Virus record (IMG/VR): IMGVR_UViG_2698536401_000015
Reading direction: 5' to 3' (one strand)
DNA from: a virus
Taxonomy: Duplodnaviria; Heunggongvirae; Uroviricota; Caudoviricetes
DNA length: 36,609 nucleotides
In this document: positions 26,639 to 36,609 of the stretch, one piece after another
How positions within the stretch are numbered: the stretch's first letter is position 1
Layout: the number at the start of each line of letters is the position of its first letter
Notes under the pieces: generated by a model
Database searches by the model: none
Told to the model about the DNA's origin: nothing
Seen by the model: only the letters and a program-made list of their open reading frames with translations
Program-made: the position numbers and the translations under genes

Positions 26639-28118
26639 CACCATTCCGTCGAATACGCTGGTTCCGCTGTTTTATGCGGAAATGGATAACCAGGCGGCGA
26701 ATACTGCACAGGACAGCGGGGCATCGTTGCTGATTGGTCACGCCAATAACGGTGCAGAGATTGTTGCCAACAGTCTGGTGCTGATGCCGTCGGCAGACTA
26801 TGCACGCCAGATTTGTGGTGCGGGAAGTCAGCTGGCGCGTATGGTTGAGGCTTATCGCCAGACCGACCCGTTTGGTGAGCTGTATGTGATTGCCGTTCCT
26901 GAATCCACGGGCGCGGCGGCAACAGTTACGCTGACGGTGACCGGGGCGGCAACCGAAACCGGCACGGTGAATGTTTATGTGGGACGTACCCGCGTGCAGG
27001 CACCGGTGACCAACGGCGATAACGTCGCGACCATTGCCAGCAGTATCCAGGATGCCATCAATGCCGTTCCGACTCTGCCGTTTACAGCTTCATCTTCGGC
27101 TGGTGTGGTCACGCTGACCGCGCGTCATAAGGGGCTTTGCGGGAATGAAATTCCTGTCAGCCTCAATTACTACGGCTTCGGTGGGGGCGAAGTGCTGCCA
27201 GCGGGCGTACAGATTGCCGTGGCGACGGGGACCGCCGGAACGGGCGCTCCGGTTCTCACCGGCGCGGTGGCTGCAATGGCGGATGAGCCGTTTGATTATA
27301 TCGGCCTGCCGTTCAACGACACGGCCTCCGTTAACACGCTGGTGACCGAGATGAACGATACCAGCGGTCGCTGGAGCTATGCGCGTCAGCTGTATGGTCA
27401 TGTGTATACGGCAAAGACCGGTACGCTGTCAGAACTGGTGACCGCAGGTGACCAGTTTAACCAGCAGCACATTACCCTGGCGGGGTACGAAAAAGAGACC
27501 CAGACGCCTGCCGACGAACTGGCGGCAAGCCGTACCGCCCGCGCAGCGGTGTTTATTCGCAACGATCCGGCACGTCCCACGCAGACCGGTGAGCTGGTGG
27601 GTATGCTGCCTGCGCCGAAGGGGAACCGGTTCACGATGACCGAACAACAGACCCTGCTGTCTCATGGCGTGGCAACGGCGTATGTCGAAAGCGGGGTACT
27701 GCGCATTCAGCGTGATGTCACCACGTACAGGAAAAACGCTTACGGGGTTGCGGATAACAGCTACCTAGACAGTGAGACTCTGCATACCAGCGCGTATGTA
27801 CTGCGCAAACTGAAATCCGTCATTACCAGTAAGTACGGGCGTCACAAGCTTGCCAGCGACGGTACCCGCTTTGGTCCCGGTCAGGCGATTGTCACCCCGG
27901 CGGTAATCAAAGGGGAACTGCTGGCAACCTACCGTCAGCTCGAGCGTGCGGGGATCGTGGAAAACTACGAACTGTTTAAGCAATACCTAGTTGTGGAGCG
28001 TGATGCCAGCGATCCGAACCGCCTGAACACGCTGTTCCCGCCTGACTATGTTAACCAGTTGCGTGTTTTTGCCGTGGTTAACCAGTTCCGTCTTCAGTAT
28101 TCAGAGGAGTCTGCATAA
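26622..28118 (+). CDS. contractile tail sheath protein (Mu L-like)
   Basis: 498 aa; size and position; AAGGTG ribosome-binding site. Confidence 0.85.
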   Translation: MTISFNTIPSNTLVPLFYAEMDNQAANTAQDSGASLLIGHANNGAEIVANSLVLMPSADYARQICGAGSQLARMVEAYRQTDPFGELYVIAVPESTGAAATVTLTVTGAATETGTVNVYVGRTRVQAPVTNGDNVATIASSIQDAINAVPTLPFTASSSAGVVTLTARHKGLCGNEIPVSLNYYGFGGGEVLPAGVQIAVATGTAGTGAPVLTGAVAAMADEPFDYIGLPFNDTASVNTLVTEMNDTSGRWSYARQLYGHVYTAKTGTLSELVTAGDQFNQQHITLAGYEKETQTPADELAASRTARAAVFIRNDPARPTQTGELVGMLPAPKGNRFTMTEQQTLLSHGVATAYVESGVLRIQRDVTTYRKNAYGVADNSYLDSETLHTSAYVLRKLKSVITSKYGRHKLASDGTRFGPGQAIVTPAVIKGELLATYRQLERAGIVENYELFKQYLVVERDASDPNRLNTLFPPDYVNQLRVFAVVNQFRLQYSEESA

Positions 28119-28474
28119 TGGCCCGTATCGGGGGAACCTGTTATTTCAAAATTGACGGTCAGCAGCTATCGCTGACCGGCGGCATTGAGGTGCCCATGAA
28201 CAGGACGGTCAATGATGACATCATCGGCCTGGACGGTTCAGTGGACCGCAAGGAAACTCACCGTGCGCCTTATGTCAAAGGGACCTTCAAGGTACCGAAG
28301 AATTTTCCGGTGAGCAAAATCACCTCGTCTGATGAGATGACCATCACTGCCGAGCTGGCGAACGGTCAGGTCTATGTATTGTCGTCCGCCTGGCTGCACG
28401 GAGAAGCGAACCATAATGCCGAAGAAGGCACGGTTGATCTTGAGTTCCACGGTGAAGAAGGGGATTACCAGTAA
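28118..28474 (+). CDS. tail tube protein (Mu M-like)
   Basis: 118 aa immediately after the sheath; GAGGAG ribosome-binding site. Confidence 0.8.
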   Translation: MARIGGTCYFKIDGQQLSLTGGIEVPMNRTVNDDIIGLDGSVDRKETHRAPYVKGTFKVPKNFPVSKITSSDEMTITAELANGQVYVLSSAWLHGEANHNAEEGTVDLEFHGEEGDYQ

Positions 28475-28743
28475 TGAAAGAGCTTGAGTTAAAGAAACCG
28501 ATTATCGCTCATGGTGAGACACTCTCCGTACTGGAGTTTGATGAGCCCACCGGGAAAGATGTCCGCGAGCTGGGGTATCCCTACCAGATGAATCAGGATG
28601 AGTCCGTCAGACTTCTGGCGCATGTGGTGTCGAAATACATTGTGCGGCTGGCGAAAGTGCCGCAAAGCTCTGTCGACCAGATGTCTCCGGCAGACCTGAA
28701 TGCAGCGGCGTGGCTTGTGGCTGGTTTTTTCCTCCAGGCCTGA
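28474..28743 (+). CDS. tail assembly chaperone (G-like, short form)
   Basis: 89 aa immediately upstream of the tape measure gene; ends just after a slippery heptamer. Confidence 0.6.
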   Translation: MKELELKKPIIAHGETLSVLEFDEPTGKDVRELGYPYQMNQDESVRLLAHVVSKYIVRLAKVPQSSVDQMSPADLNAAAWLVAGFFLQA

Positions 28744-28892
28744 CGGCTGAATACCTCACTGATCGCTTCTTTGACTGCGCCAGCTACTGGCGCATTAATC
28801 CCTTCGAATTGCTGAATATGCCGATCAGTGAAATTCCCTTGCTGGTCAGTCAGGCAAACAGGATAGAGCAGGAGAAACGCACACATGGCTGA
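28731..28892 (+). CDS. -1 frame extension of the tail assembly chaperone (GT-like long form via programmed frameshift)
   Basis: Slippery heptamer T_TTT_TTC at 28725-28731 in the zero frame; the -1 frame stays open to 28892, overlapping the tape measure start. Confidence 0.5.
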   Translation, partial: PPGLTAEYLTDRFFDCASYWRINPFELLNMPISEIPLLVSQANRIEQEKRTHG

Positions 28893-30717
28893 ATTTGAGC
28901 TTAAGGCGTTGATCACCGGTGTCGACAGGCTTTCTCCCGCGCTGTCGAAAATGCAAAAGAAAATCCGGGGATTTAAACGCCAGGCGGAAGAAGCGTCACA
29001 GGGTGGGCTGGCGCTTGGTGGAGGACTGGCAGCGGGGCTGACGCTTTCCCTGAAATCTTATGCCGATCAGGAAAACGCCGCTACCGGGCTGAAAGTCGCC
29101 ATGATGGATGCGAACGGCGAGGTTGGAAAGAGCTTTCAGGACATCAATAAACTGGCTATTGGCCTGGGTAACCAGCTACCCGGTACAACGGCTGATTTCC
29201 AGAACATGATGCAGATGCTGGTGCGTCAGGGGATCCCGGCAGAAAACATTCTGGGTGGTGTGGGTAAAGCGACAGCTTATCTTGCGGTACAACTGAAAAA
29301 AACACCGGAAGCGGCTGCTGAGTTTGCTGCAAAGATGCAGGATGCTACCGGAACGGCGTCAGAAGACATGATGGGGCTGTTCGACACTATCCAGAAGGCG
29401 TTTTATCTGGGCGTTGACGATACCAACATGTTGTCCTTCTTCACTAAAACCAGTTCTGTTCTGAAGATGGTGAACAAGGACGGTCTTCAGGCTGCACAGA
29501 GCCTTGCCCCCATCAGCGTCATGATGGATCAGATGGGGATGAACGGGGAGTCGGCAGGTAATGCCCTGCGAAAAGTTATCCAGTCCGGATTAAGTGTTAA
29601 GAAAATCAGGGACGTCAATAAAGTCATGGCCCGCCAGAAACTCGGGGTACAGCTCGATTTTACTGACGGCAAAGGAAGTTTTGGCGGTCTTGATAACATG
29701 TTCAGGCAACTGGCAAAGTTGCGAAAACTGACCGACGTTAAGCGAACAGGCGTACTTAAGGCAATATTTGGTGATGATGCCGAAACCCTTCAGGTGGTCA
29801 ATGCCCTGATCGATAAAGGAAAGGATGGCTACGATCAGATCCAGCAGAAGATGAATAAACAGGCCAGCCTGAATAAACGTGTTCAGGCTCAGCTTGGTAC
29901 GCTGTCCAACCTGTGGGAGGCAATGACGGGGACCGCAACTAACGGTCTTGCAGCTATTGGCGGCGCATTTTCTGGTGACGCTAAAAATATCACGCAATGG
30001 CTGGGGGAGTTGGGGGAAAAATTCACGAAGTTTGCGGATGAAAATCCCCGGGTTATTCGCGGCGTCGTCGGGCTTGCTGCCGGTCTTGCGATTCTGAAAC
30101 TGGGATTGATGGGCGTTGGCGGTGCCATCAGTATTGTCAGCAGGATCATGTCGATGACGCCGATTGGCATGATTGCGACGGCGATAGCCCTGGCTGCGGG
30201 ATTAATTATCACTAACTGGGATGTTGTCGGACCTTATTTTAAGAAACTCTGGGAAACCATTGGTCCTTATTTTGAGGCTGGCTGGGAACTCCTTAAGAAA
30301 GTTTTTGCCTGGTCGCCGCTGGGGATGGTGATCAATAACTGGGGGCCGGTTGTTAAGTGGTTTCAGGATATGTGGGACAAGCTGAAGCCAATTATTGAGT
30401 GGTTTACCGACAGTTCCGGTGACACGGTCGATGCCATTAACTCTGCGCAGTGGGGCGCGGGTGCTTATGATGCTTATGGGACGGGAATACCGACGCGGGG
30501 ATACACACCTTATCCGGCGGTAGATCCGGCTCAGTCAAACAACGCCTCCGATGCCACAGGCCCGAATCCCTTCATGATTAACAAAGCTATCGCGCCAAAA
30601 GTTGATGGCGAGATCAAGGTTTCATTTATGAATATGCCACCAGGTATGCGGGTTACGGAAACACGTTCCAGTGGCATTGATATTAATCACGATGTTGGGT
30701 ACACCAGATTTAGGTAA
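28885..30717 (+). CDS. tail tape measure protein
   Basis: 610 aa, helical and glycine/alanine-rich with a hydrophobic C-terminal half; GGAGAA ribosome-binding site. Confidence 0.85.
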   Translation: MAEFELKALITGVDRLSPALSKMQKKIRGFKRQAEEASQGGLALGGGLAAGLTLSLKSYADQENAATGLKVAMMDANGEVGKSFQDINKLAIGLGNQLPGTTADFQNMMQMLVRQGIPAENILGGVGKATAYLAVQLKKTPEAAAEFAAKMQDATGTASEDMMGLFDTIQKAFYLGVDDTNMLSFFTKTSSVLKMVNKDGLQAAQSLAPISVMMDQMGMNGESAGNALRKVIQSGLSVKKIRDVNKVMARQKLGVQLDFTDGKGSFGGLDNMFRQLAKLRKLTDVKRTGVLKAIFGDDAETLQVVNALIDKGKDGYDQIQQKMNKQASLNKRVQAQLGTLSNLWEAMTGTATNGLAAIGGAFSGDAKNITQWLGELGEKFTKFADENPRVIRGVVGLAAGLAILKLGLMGVGGAISIVSRIMSMTPIGMIATAIALAAGLIITNWDVVGPYFKKLWETIGPYFEAGWELLKKVFAWSPLGMVINNWGPVVKWFQDMWDKLKPIIEWFTDSSGDTVDAINSAQWGAGAYDAYGTGIPTRGYTPYPAVDPAQSNNASDATGPNPFMINKAIAPKVDGEIKVSFMNMPPGMRVTETRSSGIDINHDVGYTRFR

Positions 30718-30748
30718 AGACGAACAGGGAGGGTCGCCCCCCCTGAAC

Positions 30749-31195
30749 TTACTGTGCGAACACGCAATTTCGGCCTGATGGGGAGCCGACAATTCTGGAC
30801 ATTTTTTCGCAAATAACAGTTACTTGTTCTCCTTTTTTAAGAGCAGCAGCTGTTGATTTTTCAGAGTCTTGCATCTCCATTCTTGCTGGCATGAATTCAT
30901 TTTCAGTTCTGAATTTAATAATTATAGAGTCAGTAAAGTCCTTATCAATGGATTGTACGATACCTCTAACGGCGATTAATTTACCTTTTAACTGTTCATC
31001 GGTAGCGACTTCATTTTCTTCATACTCTTTAAACAGCTGTCGAGCAGTAGTGTTGTAGATTTCTTTTTGCGGTGCCGCAGCTTCCGTATCGGATGAGTAT
31101 GAAGAATTAGAGCCTTTATCGTTATTGCCTGCAAAATATCCAATAATCACCAACCCGATGAAAATATATAAAATCCATTTTAATAATTTCTTCAT
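30749..31195 (-). CDS. cargo gene: membrane-anchored OB-fold-like protein (148 aa), opposite strand inside the tail operon
   Basis: Low GC; own AAGGTGA ribosome-binding site; N-terminal TM helix (LLKWILYIFIGLVIIGYF) then a soluble domain (...QLFKEYEENEVATDEQLKGKLIAVRGIV...) resembling tRNA_anti-like/BOF OB-fold proteins. Confidence 0.6.
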   Translation of the reverse strand: MKKLLKWILYIFIGLVIIGYFAGNNDKGSNSSYSSDTEAAAPQKEIYNTTARQLFKEYEENEVATDEQLKGKLIAVRGIVQSIDKDFTDSIIIKFRTENEFMPARMEMQDSEKSTAAALKKGEQVTVICEKMSRIVGSPSGRNCVFAQ

Positions 31196-31305
31196 GTTAT
31201 CACCTTAATGCTAATAATTTATATAGTTACAAATGGTAATGGCTACCACTACAAATTATGGCATTACCAGTAAATATTACTACTGATAATAAATATGGGA
31301 CTTAT

Positions 31306-32634
31306 ATGACGTGGAAAGACAGGCTTCAGGATGCGTCATTTCGCAGCGTGCCGTTTAAGGTTGAAGAAGAAAGTGCGGGAACCGGTCGCCGTGTGGAAAC
31401 ACATGAATACCCGAACCGCGACAAGCCCTATACCGAAGATCTGGGAAAAGTCACTTTCCGCCCGTCCATCACAGCTTATGTGGTGGGAGATGACTGCTTT
31501 GACCAGCGCGATCGCCTGATTGAAGCGCTGAATAAACCCGGTCCCGGCACGCTTGTCCACCCGACATATGGTGAGCTGAAAGTCTGTGTTGACGGGGAAG
31601 TTCGGGTCAGCACATCGAAAAGTGAAGGGCGTATTGTCCGCTTTGACCTGAAGTTTGTCGAAGCAGGAGAACTCTCTTACCCCACATCAGGTGCGGCGAC
31701 GGCGCAGACGCTGATGTCATCCTGTTCTGCACTGGATGACTGCATCAGTGACAGCTTCAGCGGTTTCAGTATCGATGGTGTGGCGGATTTCGTGCAGAAC
31801 GACGTTATCGGTAATGCCAGCATAATGCTGGGGTATGTTTCTGATGCGATGAAAGTGGTGGATTCTGCCGTATCGGATGCCGCCAGGCTGTTGCAGGGGG
31901 ATATCTCGGTACTTCTGCCGCCGCCATCGTCAGGCAAAAATTTCGTTGAGCAGGTGCAGAAAATGTGGCGTACCGGGAAACGCCTTTATGGTAACGCCAG
32001 CGACCTGGTCACCATGATCAAAACGCTTTCCGGTGTCAGCCTCGGCAGCGATCTGCAACCGCGCGGCGTCTGGAAAACGGACAGTAAAACCACCGCCACG
32101 GCGACGCAGCAGCGTAACGTGGTTGCCAGCACCCTTCGTACGACCGCAATCAGCGAAGCGGCGTATGCCGTCACCCGATTGCCTGCGCCAATAACTTCCG
32201 CGGTGATGCAGAATTCCGCAGTGGGGCAGGCAACAACACCCGCGCAGAGCACTGGCTGGCCTTCCGTCACGCATCCGGCACTGAACAATGCACCGGCGGT
32301 GAAAAACACGGTTGACCTGCCGACGTGGGAAGAACTGACTGACATTCGCGACACACTGAATACGGCAATTGATAAGGAGTTGTCCCGTACAACCAGTGAT
32401 GCGCTGTTTCTGGCGCTGCGCCGGGTGAAAGCAGATCTGAATGCGGATATCAACACGCGCCTTGAACAGTCTGCACGGATCATTCAGCGCACACCGGATG
32501 AGGTTTTACCCGCGCTGGTGCTGGCGGCGACCTGGTTTGATAACGCGGCGCGTGACGCGGACATTATCCGGCGTAATGCCATTACGCATCCCGGCTTTGT
32601 GCCGGTGATCCCTCTGAAGGTGCCAGTGCAATGA
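31306..32634 (+). CDS. Mu N-like DNA circularisation protein
   Basis: N-terminal region (MTWKDRLQDASFRSVPFKV...) fits the DNA_circ_N family; an alternative upstream ATG at 31258 lies in AT-rich sequence. Confidence 0.75.
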   Translation: MTWKDRLQDASFRSVPFKVEEESAGTGRRVETHEYPNRDKPYTEDLGKVTFRPSITAYVVGDDCFDQRDRLIEALNKPGPGTLVHPTYGELKVCVDGEVRVSTSKSEGRIVRFDLKFVEAGELSYPTSGAATAQTLMSSCSALDDCISDSFSGFSIDGVADFVQNDVIGNASIMLGYVSDAMKVVDSAVSDAARLLQGDISVLLPPPSSGKNFVEQVQKMWRTGKRLYGNASDLVTMIKTLSGVSLGSDLQPRGVWKTDSKTTATATQQRNVVASTLRTTAISEAAYAVTRLPAPITSAVMQNSAVGQATTPAQSTGWPSVTHPALNNAPAVKNTVDLPTWEELTDIRDTLNTAIDKELSRTTSDALFLALRRVKADLNADINTRLEQSARIIQRTPDEVLPALVLAATWFDNAARDADIIRRNAITHPGFVPVIPLKVPVQ

Positions 32635-33710
32635 ACGACAATGTCACGCTACGGGTAAATGGCCGGGAGTGGAATGGCTGGACATCGGTGCGCATCGGTG
32701 CCGGTATTGAACGGCTGGCGCGGGATTTCAGTGTGGAGATCACTCGCCAGTGGCCGGGAGATGAGGGTATCACCACGCTTCAGCCGCGCATTAAAAACGG
32801 TTCAAAAGTGGAAGTGCTGATTGGTGATGAGCTGGTGATTACCGGCTGGGTGGAGGCGACTCCCGTTCGTTACGATGCCCGTTCGGTCAGCACCGGTATT
32901 GCCGGACGTAGTCTGACGGCTGACCTGATTGACTGTGCAGCCGAACCGACACAGTTTAACGGACGCTCGCTGGTGCAGATTGCGCAGGCGCTTGCTGCGC
33001 CTTTCGGCATTGAGGTGGTGAACAGCGGTGCGCCATCGGGTGTTATTCCTGATGTTCAGCCTGATCACGGTGAAACGGTGATTGAGGTAATCAACAAAAT
33101 ACTCGGTCAGCAGCAGGCGCTGGCTTACGACGACCCGCACGGCAGGCTGGTGATTGGCGGTATTGGCTCAACGCGGGCACATACCGCGCTGGTACTTGGG
33201 GAAAACATCCTTTCCTGTGATACGGAGAAGAGTATCCGGGAGCGGTTTTCTGTTTACCAGGTGGCGGGGCAGCGTGCCGGAAACGACGATGATTTCGGTG
33301 AGGCCACCACCACCGCGCTGCGGGCCCGCACAGAGGACGCATTTATTGCCCGTTACCGTCCGATGTATATCAGGCAGACAGGGCAGGCTACGGGGGCAGG
33401 CTGTATTGCGCGTGCTGACTTTGAAGCCCGGCAACGGGCGGCGCGGACGGATGAAACCACCTATGTGGTGCAGGGCTGGCGACAGGGTAACGGTACGCTG
33501 TGGCAGCCCAACCAGCGGGTGATTGTCTTCGATCCGGTCTGTGGTTTCGACAATACCGAACTGCTTGTCTCGGAAGTCACGTTTACTCAGGACCAGAACG
33601 GCACCCTGACGGAAATCCGTGTCGGCCCGCCTGATGCTTATCTGCCTGAACCCGAAGATCCCGGCGCGCGGAAAAAGAAAAAAGCCAGAGTACAGGAGGA
33701 CCCGTTCTGA
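32631..33710 (+). CDS. Mu P-like baseplate hub protein
   Basis: 359 aa; start overlaps the upstream stop; order matches the Mu tail module. Confidence 0.75.
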   Translation: MNDNVTLRVNGREWNGWTSVRIGAGIERLARDFSVEITRQWPGDEGITTLQPRIKNGSKVEVLIGDELVITGWVEATPVRYDARSVSTGIAGRSLTADLIDCAAEPTQFNGRSLVQIAQALAAPFGIEVVNSGAPSGVIPDVQPDHGETVIEVINKILGQQQALAYDDPHGRLVIGGIGSTRAHTALVLGENILSCDTEKSIRERFSVYQVAGQRAGNDDDFGEATTTALRARTEDAFIARYRPMYIRQTGQATGAGCIARADFEARQRAARTDETTYVVQGWRQGNGTLWQPNQRVIVFDPVCGFDNTELLVSEVTFTQDQNGTLTEIRVGPPDAYLPEPEDPGARKKKKARVQEDPF

Positions 33711-34258
33711 TGAGGACGATTGAAGCCATGCAGCGACAACTTCTCGGCCTGATTGGGCGGGCAGTGGTGAAAAGCATCAGTGCCGCCACGAAATGTCAGA
33801 CCGTGGATGTGTCCCTGATTGCCGGTGAACCCAAAGCCGGGGTTGAACATCTTGAACCCTACGGTTTTACCGCAAGGGCAAACAGCGGTGCGGAAGCGGT
33901 GGTGTTGTTTCCGGATGGCGACCGTTCTCATGCGGTGGTTGTTACGGTGTCGGACCGGCGCTACCGCCTGAAAGGGCTGCAGACGGGTGAGGTGGCGGTC
34001 TATGACGATCAGGGGCAGTCCGTGACGCTGACCCGGGCGGGGATCGTGGTGGACGGTGCAGGGAAAACGATCACGTTTCGCAATGCATCTAAAGCACGTT
34101 TTGAAATGGACCTGGAAGTGACCGGACAGGTGAAAGACCTGTGCGACTCCGGCGGCACCACCATGTCAGCGATGCGGCTTGCCTATAACGGCCATCGTCA
34201 CAGAGAGAATGGTCAGGGCAGTAACACCGACAAACCGGATAAAGCGATGGAGGCATGA
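33710..34258 (+). CDS. baseplate spike / assembly protein V-like
   Basis: 182 aa; position and size in the Mu-like baseplate cluster. Confidence 0.7.
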   Translation: MRTIEAMQRQLLGLIGRAVVKSISAATKCQTVDVSLIAGEPKAGVEHLEPYGFTARANSGAEAVVLFPDGDRSHAVVVTVSDRRYRLKGLQTGEVAVYDDQGQSVTLTRAGIVVDGAGKTITFRNASKARFEMDLEVTGQVKDLCDSGGTTMSAMRLAYNGHRHRENGQGSNTDKPDKAMEA

Positions 34259-34683
34259 TGGAACTGTGGCTGACGGTGAACGGTAAACGCACCTGCGCCA
34301 GCGTACCGCTGGATCCGCTGACCCGCGCCGTGGTGATTTCCCTGTTCACCTGGCGGCGGGCGGAGCCTGATGACAATGCCGACGTCCCGATGGGATGGTG
34401 GGGGGATACCTGGCCTGCGGTACAGAATGACCGTTACGGCTCCCGGCTGTGGCTGCTTCAGCGCGGCAAACTGACCAATCAGCTGGTGCAGACGGTAAGG
34501 GGGTATATCCGCGAATGCCTGCAATGGATGATTGATGACGGTGTGGTGTCCCGTATTGATCTGGATATCCGCCGCACCGGGATTAATGAACTGGGTAACA
34601 GTATCACTCTCTGGCGTCGTGACGGACCGGTAATGATTTCTTTTGATGATCTGTGGAGTGCGATAACGCATGGCGGACAGTGA
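34255..34683 (+). CDS. GP46-family baseplate protein
   Basis: 142 aa with the PMGWWGD...GS.LW.L motif region of the GP46 family. Confidence 0.7.
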   Translation: MMELWLTVNGKRTCASVPLDPLTRAVVISLFTWRRAEPDDNADVPMGWWGDTWPAVQNDRYGSRLWLLQRGKLTNQLVQTVRGYIRECLQWMIDDGVVSRIDLDIRRTGINELGNSITLWRRDGPVMISFDDLWSAITHGGQ

Positions 34684-35728
34684 ATTTCAGCGCCCGACGC
34701 TGGCAGAAAATATCAGTATGCTCCGTAACGATTTATTCGCCAGGCTGGACGTCAGCGACACGCTCCGGCGCATGGATGAAGACGTGCGGGCAAAGGTGTA
34801 TGCGGCGGCGCTGCATACGGTTTACGGTTACATCGATTATCTGGCAATGAACATGCTGCCTGACCTGTGCGATGAGTCCTGGCTGGCGCGACATGCTGCG
34901 ATGAAACGGTGTCCGCGCAAGGGGGCCACGGCTGCCAGCGGGTATATGCGCTGGGAAGGTGTCAGCGATGGCCTGAAGGTGACCGCCGGGAGTGTTATTC
35001 AGCGCGATGACCTGGTTCAGTACACGGCAACTGCCGATGCAACCAGCTCCGGTGGTGTCCTGCGCGTGCCGATCGCCTGCTCAAGTGCAGGAGCGGTCGG
35101 TAACGCTGACGACGGTACGTCATTAATCCTGGTCACGCCGGTGAATGGTCTGCCGTCTTCCGGCGTGGCAGACACTCTGACAGGTGGATTTGATACTGAA
35201 GAGCTGGAAACGTGGCGCGCCCGCGTCATTGAGCGGTATTACTGGACGCCTCAGGGCGGGGCTGACGGGGACTATGTCGTCTGGGCTAAAGAAGTGCCCG
35301 GCATTACCCGCGCATGGACATACCGTCACTGGATGGGAACGGGAACTGTCGGTGTGATGATTGCCAGCAGTGACCTGATTAATCCCATTCCGGAAGAATC
35401 AACGGAAACGGCGGCAAGACAACATATCGGGCCACTGGCCCCGGTGGCAGGCTCTGATTTGTATGTCTTCAGGCCGGTGGCGCATAAAGTGGATTTTCAT
35501 ATCCGCGTGACGCCGGACACACCGGAAATACGGGCTGCCATCACCGCCGAGTTGCGTTCGTTCCTGCTGCGTGATGGTTATCCGCAGGGAGAACTGAAGG
35601 TGTCGCGTATCAGTGAGGCGATTTCCGGTGCGAACGGGGAATACAGCCATCAGTTGTTTGCACCGGCAGACAATATCTCCATTGCAAAAAATGAACTGGC
35701 GGTACTGGGGACGATTTCATGGACGTGA
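34670..35728 (+). CDS. baseplate J-like protein
   Basis: 352 aa; position and size typical of J-like baseplate wedge proteins. Confidence 0.75.
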   Translation: MADSEFQRPTLAENISMLRNDLFARLDVSDTLRRMDEDVRAKVYAAALHTVYGYIDYLAMNMLPDLCDESWLARHAAMKRCPRKGATAASGYMRWEGVSDGLKVTAGSVIQRDDLVQYTATADATSSGGVLRVPIACSSAGAVGNADDGTSLILVTPVNGLPSSGVADTLTGGFDTEELETWRARVIERYYWTPQGGADGDYVVWAKEVPGITRAWTYRHWMGTGTVGVMIASSDLINPIPEESTETAARQHIGPLAPVAGSDLYVFRPVAHKVDFHIRVTPDTPEIRAAITAELRSFLLRDGYPQGELKVSRISEAISGANGEYSHQLFAPADNISIAKNELAVLGTISWT

Positions 35729-36303
35729 CAAACGATGATTACATCCGTCTGTTGTCGGCACTGTTGCCCCCCGGTCCGGCGTGGTCAGCCAGCGATCCGG
35801 CGATTGCCGGTGCGGCACCGTCATTAACCCGCGTTCATCAGCGTGCGGATGCCCTGATGCGGGAGCTGGATCCGCGCACCACCACCGAACTGATAAATCG
35901 CTGGGAGCGTCTGTGCGGCCTGCCGGATGAATGTATTCCCGCAGGGACACAGACCCTTCGCCAGCGTCAGCAACGACTGGATGCGAAGGTTAACCTGGCG
36001 GGCGGCATCAATGAGGATTTTTACCTTGCACAGCTTGCTGCCCTGGGCAGACCAGACGCCACCATCACGCGATACGACAAAAGCACGTTCACCTGCTCAT
36101 CGGCCTGTACTGACGCGGTGAATGCGCCGGAATGGCGGTATTACTGGCAGGTCAACATGCCAGCCGCCACCAACACCACCTGGATGACATGTGGCGATCC
36201 CTGTGATTCCGCACTGCGTATCTGGGGCGACACCGTTGTCGAGTGTGTGCTTAACAAACTCTGCCCGTCGCATACCTATGTGATTTTTAAATATCCGGAG
36301 TAA
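35719..36303 (+). CDS. tail protein (Mu gp48-like, DUF2313)
   Basis: 194 aa between the J-like gene and the tail fibre gene. Confidence 0.65.
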   Translation: MDVTNDDYIRLLSALLPPGPAWSASDPAIAGAAPSLTRVHQRADALMRELDPRTTTELINRWERLCGLPDECIPAGTQTLRQRQQRLDAKVNLAGGINEDFYLAQLAALGRPDATITRYDKSTFTCSSACTDAVNAPEWRYYWQVNMPAATNTTWMTCGDPCDSALRIWGDTVVECVLNKLCPSHTYVIFKYPE

Positions 36304-36306
36304 TCC

Positions 36307-36609
36307 ATGCATCGTATAGACACGAAAACCGCGCAGAAGGATAAGTTCGGCGCGGGTAAGAACGGTTTTACCCGTGGTAACCCCCAGACCGGCACGCCTG
36401 CCACCGATCTGGATGATGACTACTTTGACATGTTGCAGGAGGAGCTTTGCAGCGTTGTGGAGGCATCCGGTGCCAGCCTGGAGAAGGGGCGGCATGACCA
36501 GCTGCTTACCGCGCTTCGTGCGCTGCTGTTAAGCCGCAAGAATCCGTTTGGCGATATCAAATCGGATGGCACGGTGAAAACAGCTCTCGAAAACCTTGGT
36601 TTGGGAGAA
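36307..36609 (+). CDS. tail fibre protein, N-terminal fragment (truncated by the window end)
   Basis: ATG at 36307 and open to the window end; N-terminus (...[15 protein letters not shown]) typical of enterobacterial prophage tail fibres. Not in the track because no stop is reached. Confidence 0.7.
   Translation, partial: MHRIDTKTAQKDKFGAGKNGFTRGNPQTGTPATDLDDDYFDMLQEELCSVVEASGASLEKGRHDQLLTALRALLLSRKNPFGDIKSDGTVKTALENLGLGE

Noticed and set aside
19616-36495. Numerous short ORFs inside terminase, portal, capsid, sheath, tape measure and baseplate genes on either strand
   Set aside because: All lie within long, contiguous, translationally coupled structural genes; none has an independent ribosome-binding site or protein-like composition.

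Overview
Host proA (1-1254) and tRNA-Thr thrW (1369-1444) are followed by an almost complete ~35 kb mosaic prophage integrated at the tRNA 3' end, resembling the SfV / CPS-53 group. It combines a P22-type integrase and excisionase, a YfdP/Q/R-like early-left operon, a CI/Cro immunity switch with GTAC-core operators, an O-like initiator carrying internal iterons, a nin-like region (PerC-like, Dam methylase, LexA-DBD-only protein, RusA, KilA-N/KilAC, DUF968, Q), a lysis cassette, an HK97-like head module and a Mu-like contractile tail running to a truncated tail-fibre gene at the window end. An IS3-family element (1221 bp, flanked by a GCGG duplication) sits about 60 bp upstream of the holin. 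Four low-GC cargo loci stand out as candidate undescribed functions: a convergent small-ORF pair beside cI, an S49/ClpP-like peptidase gene on the opposite strand between Q and lysis, a terminator-insulated AT-rich gene with an R-x5-H (HEPN-like) motif between Rz and terminase, and a membrane-anchored OB-fold-like gene on the opposite strand inside the tail operon. I cannot single out one of them as the system from sequence alone. All family assignments rest on recalled signatures and gene order; no database search or computation was run, and GC differences are by eye.
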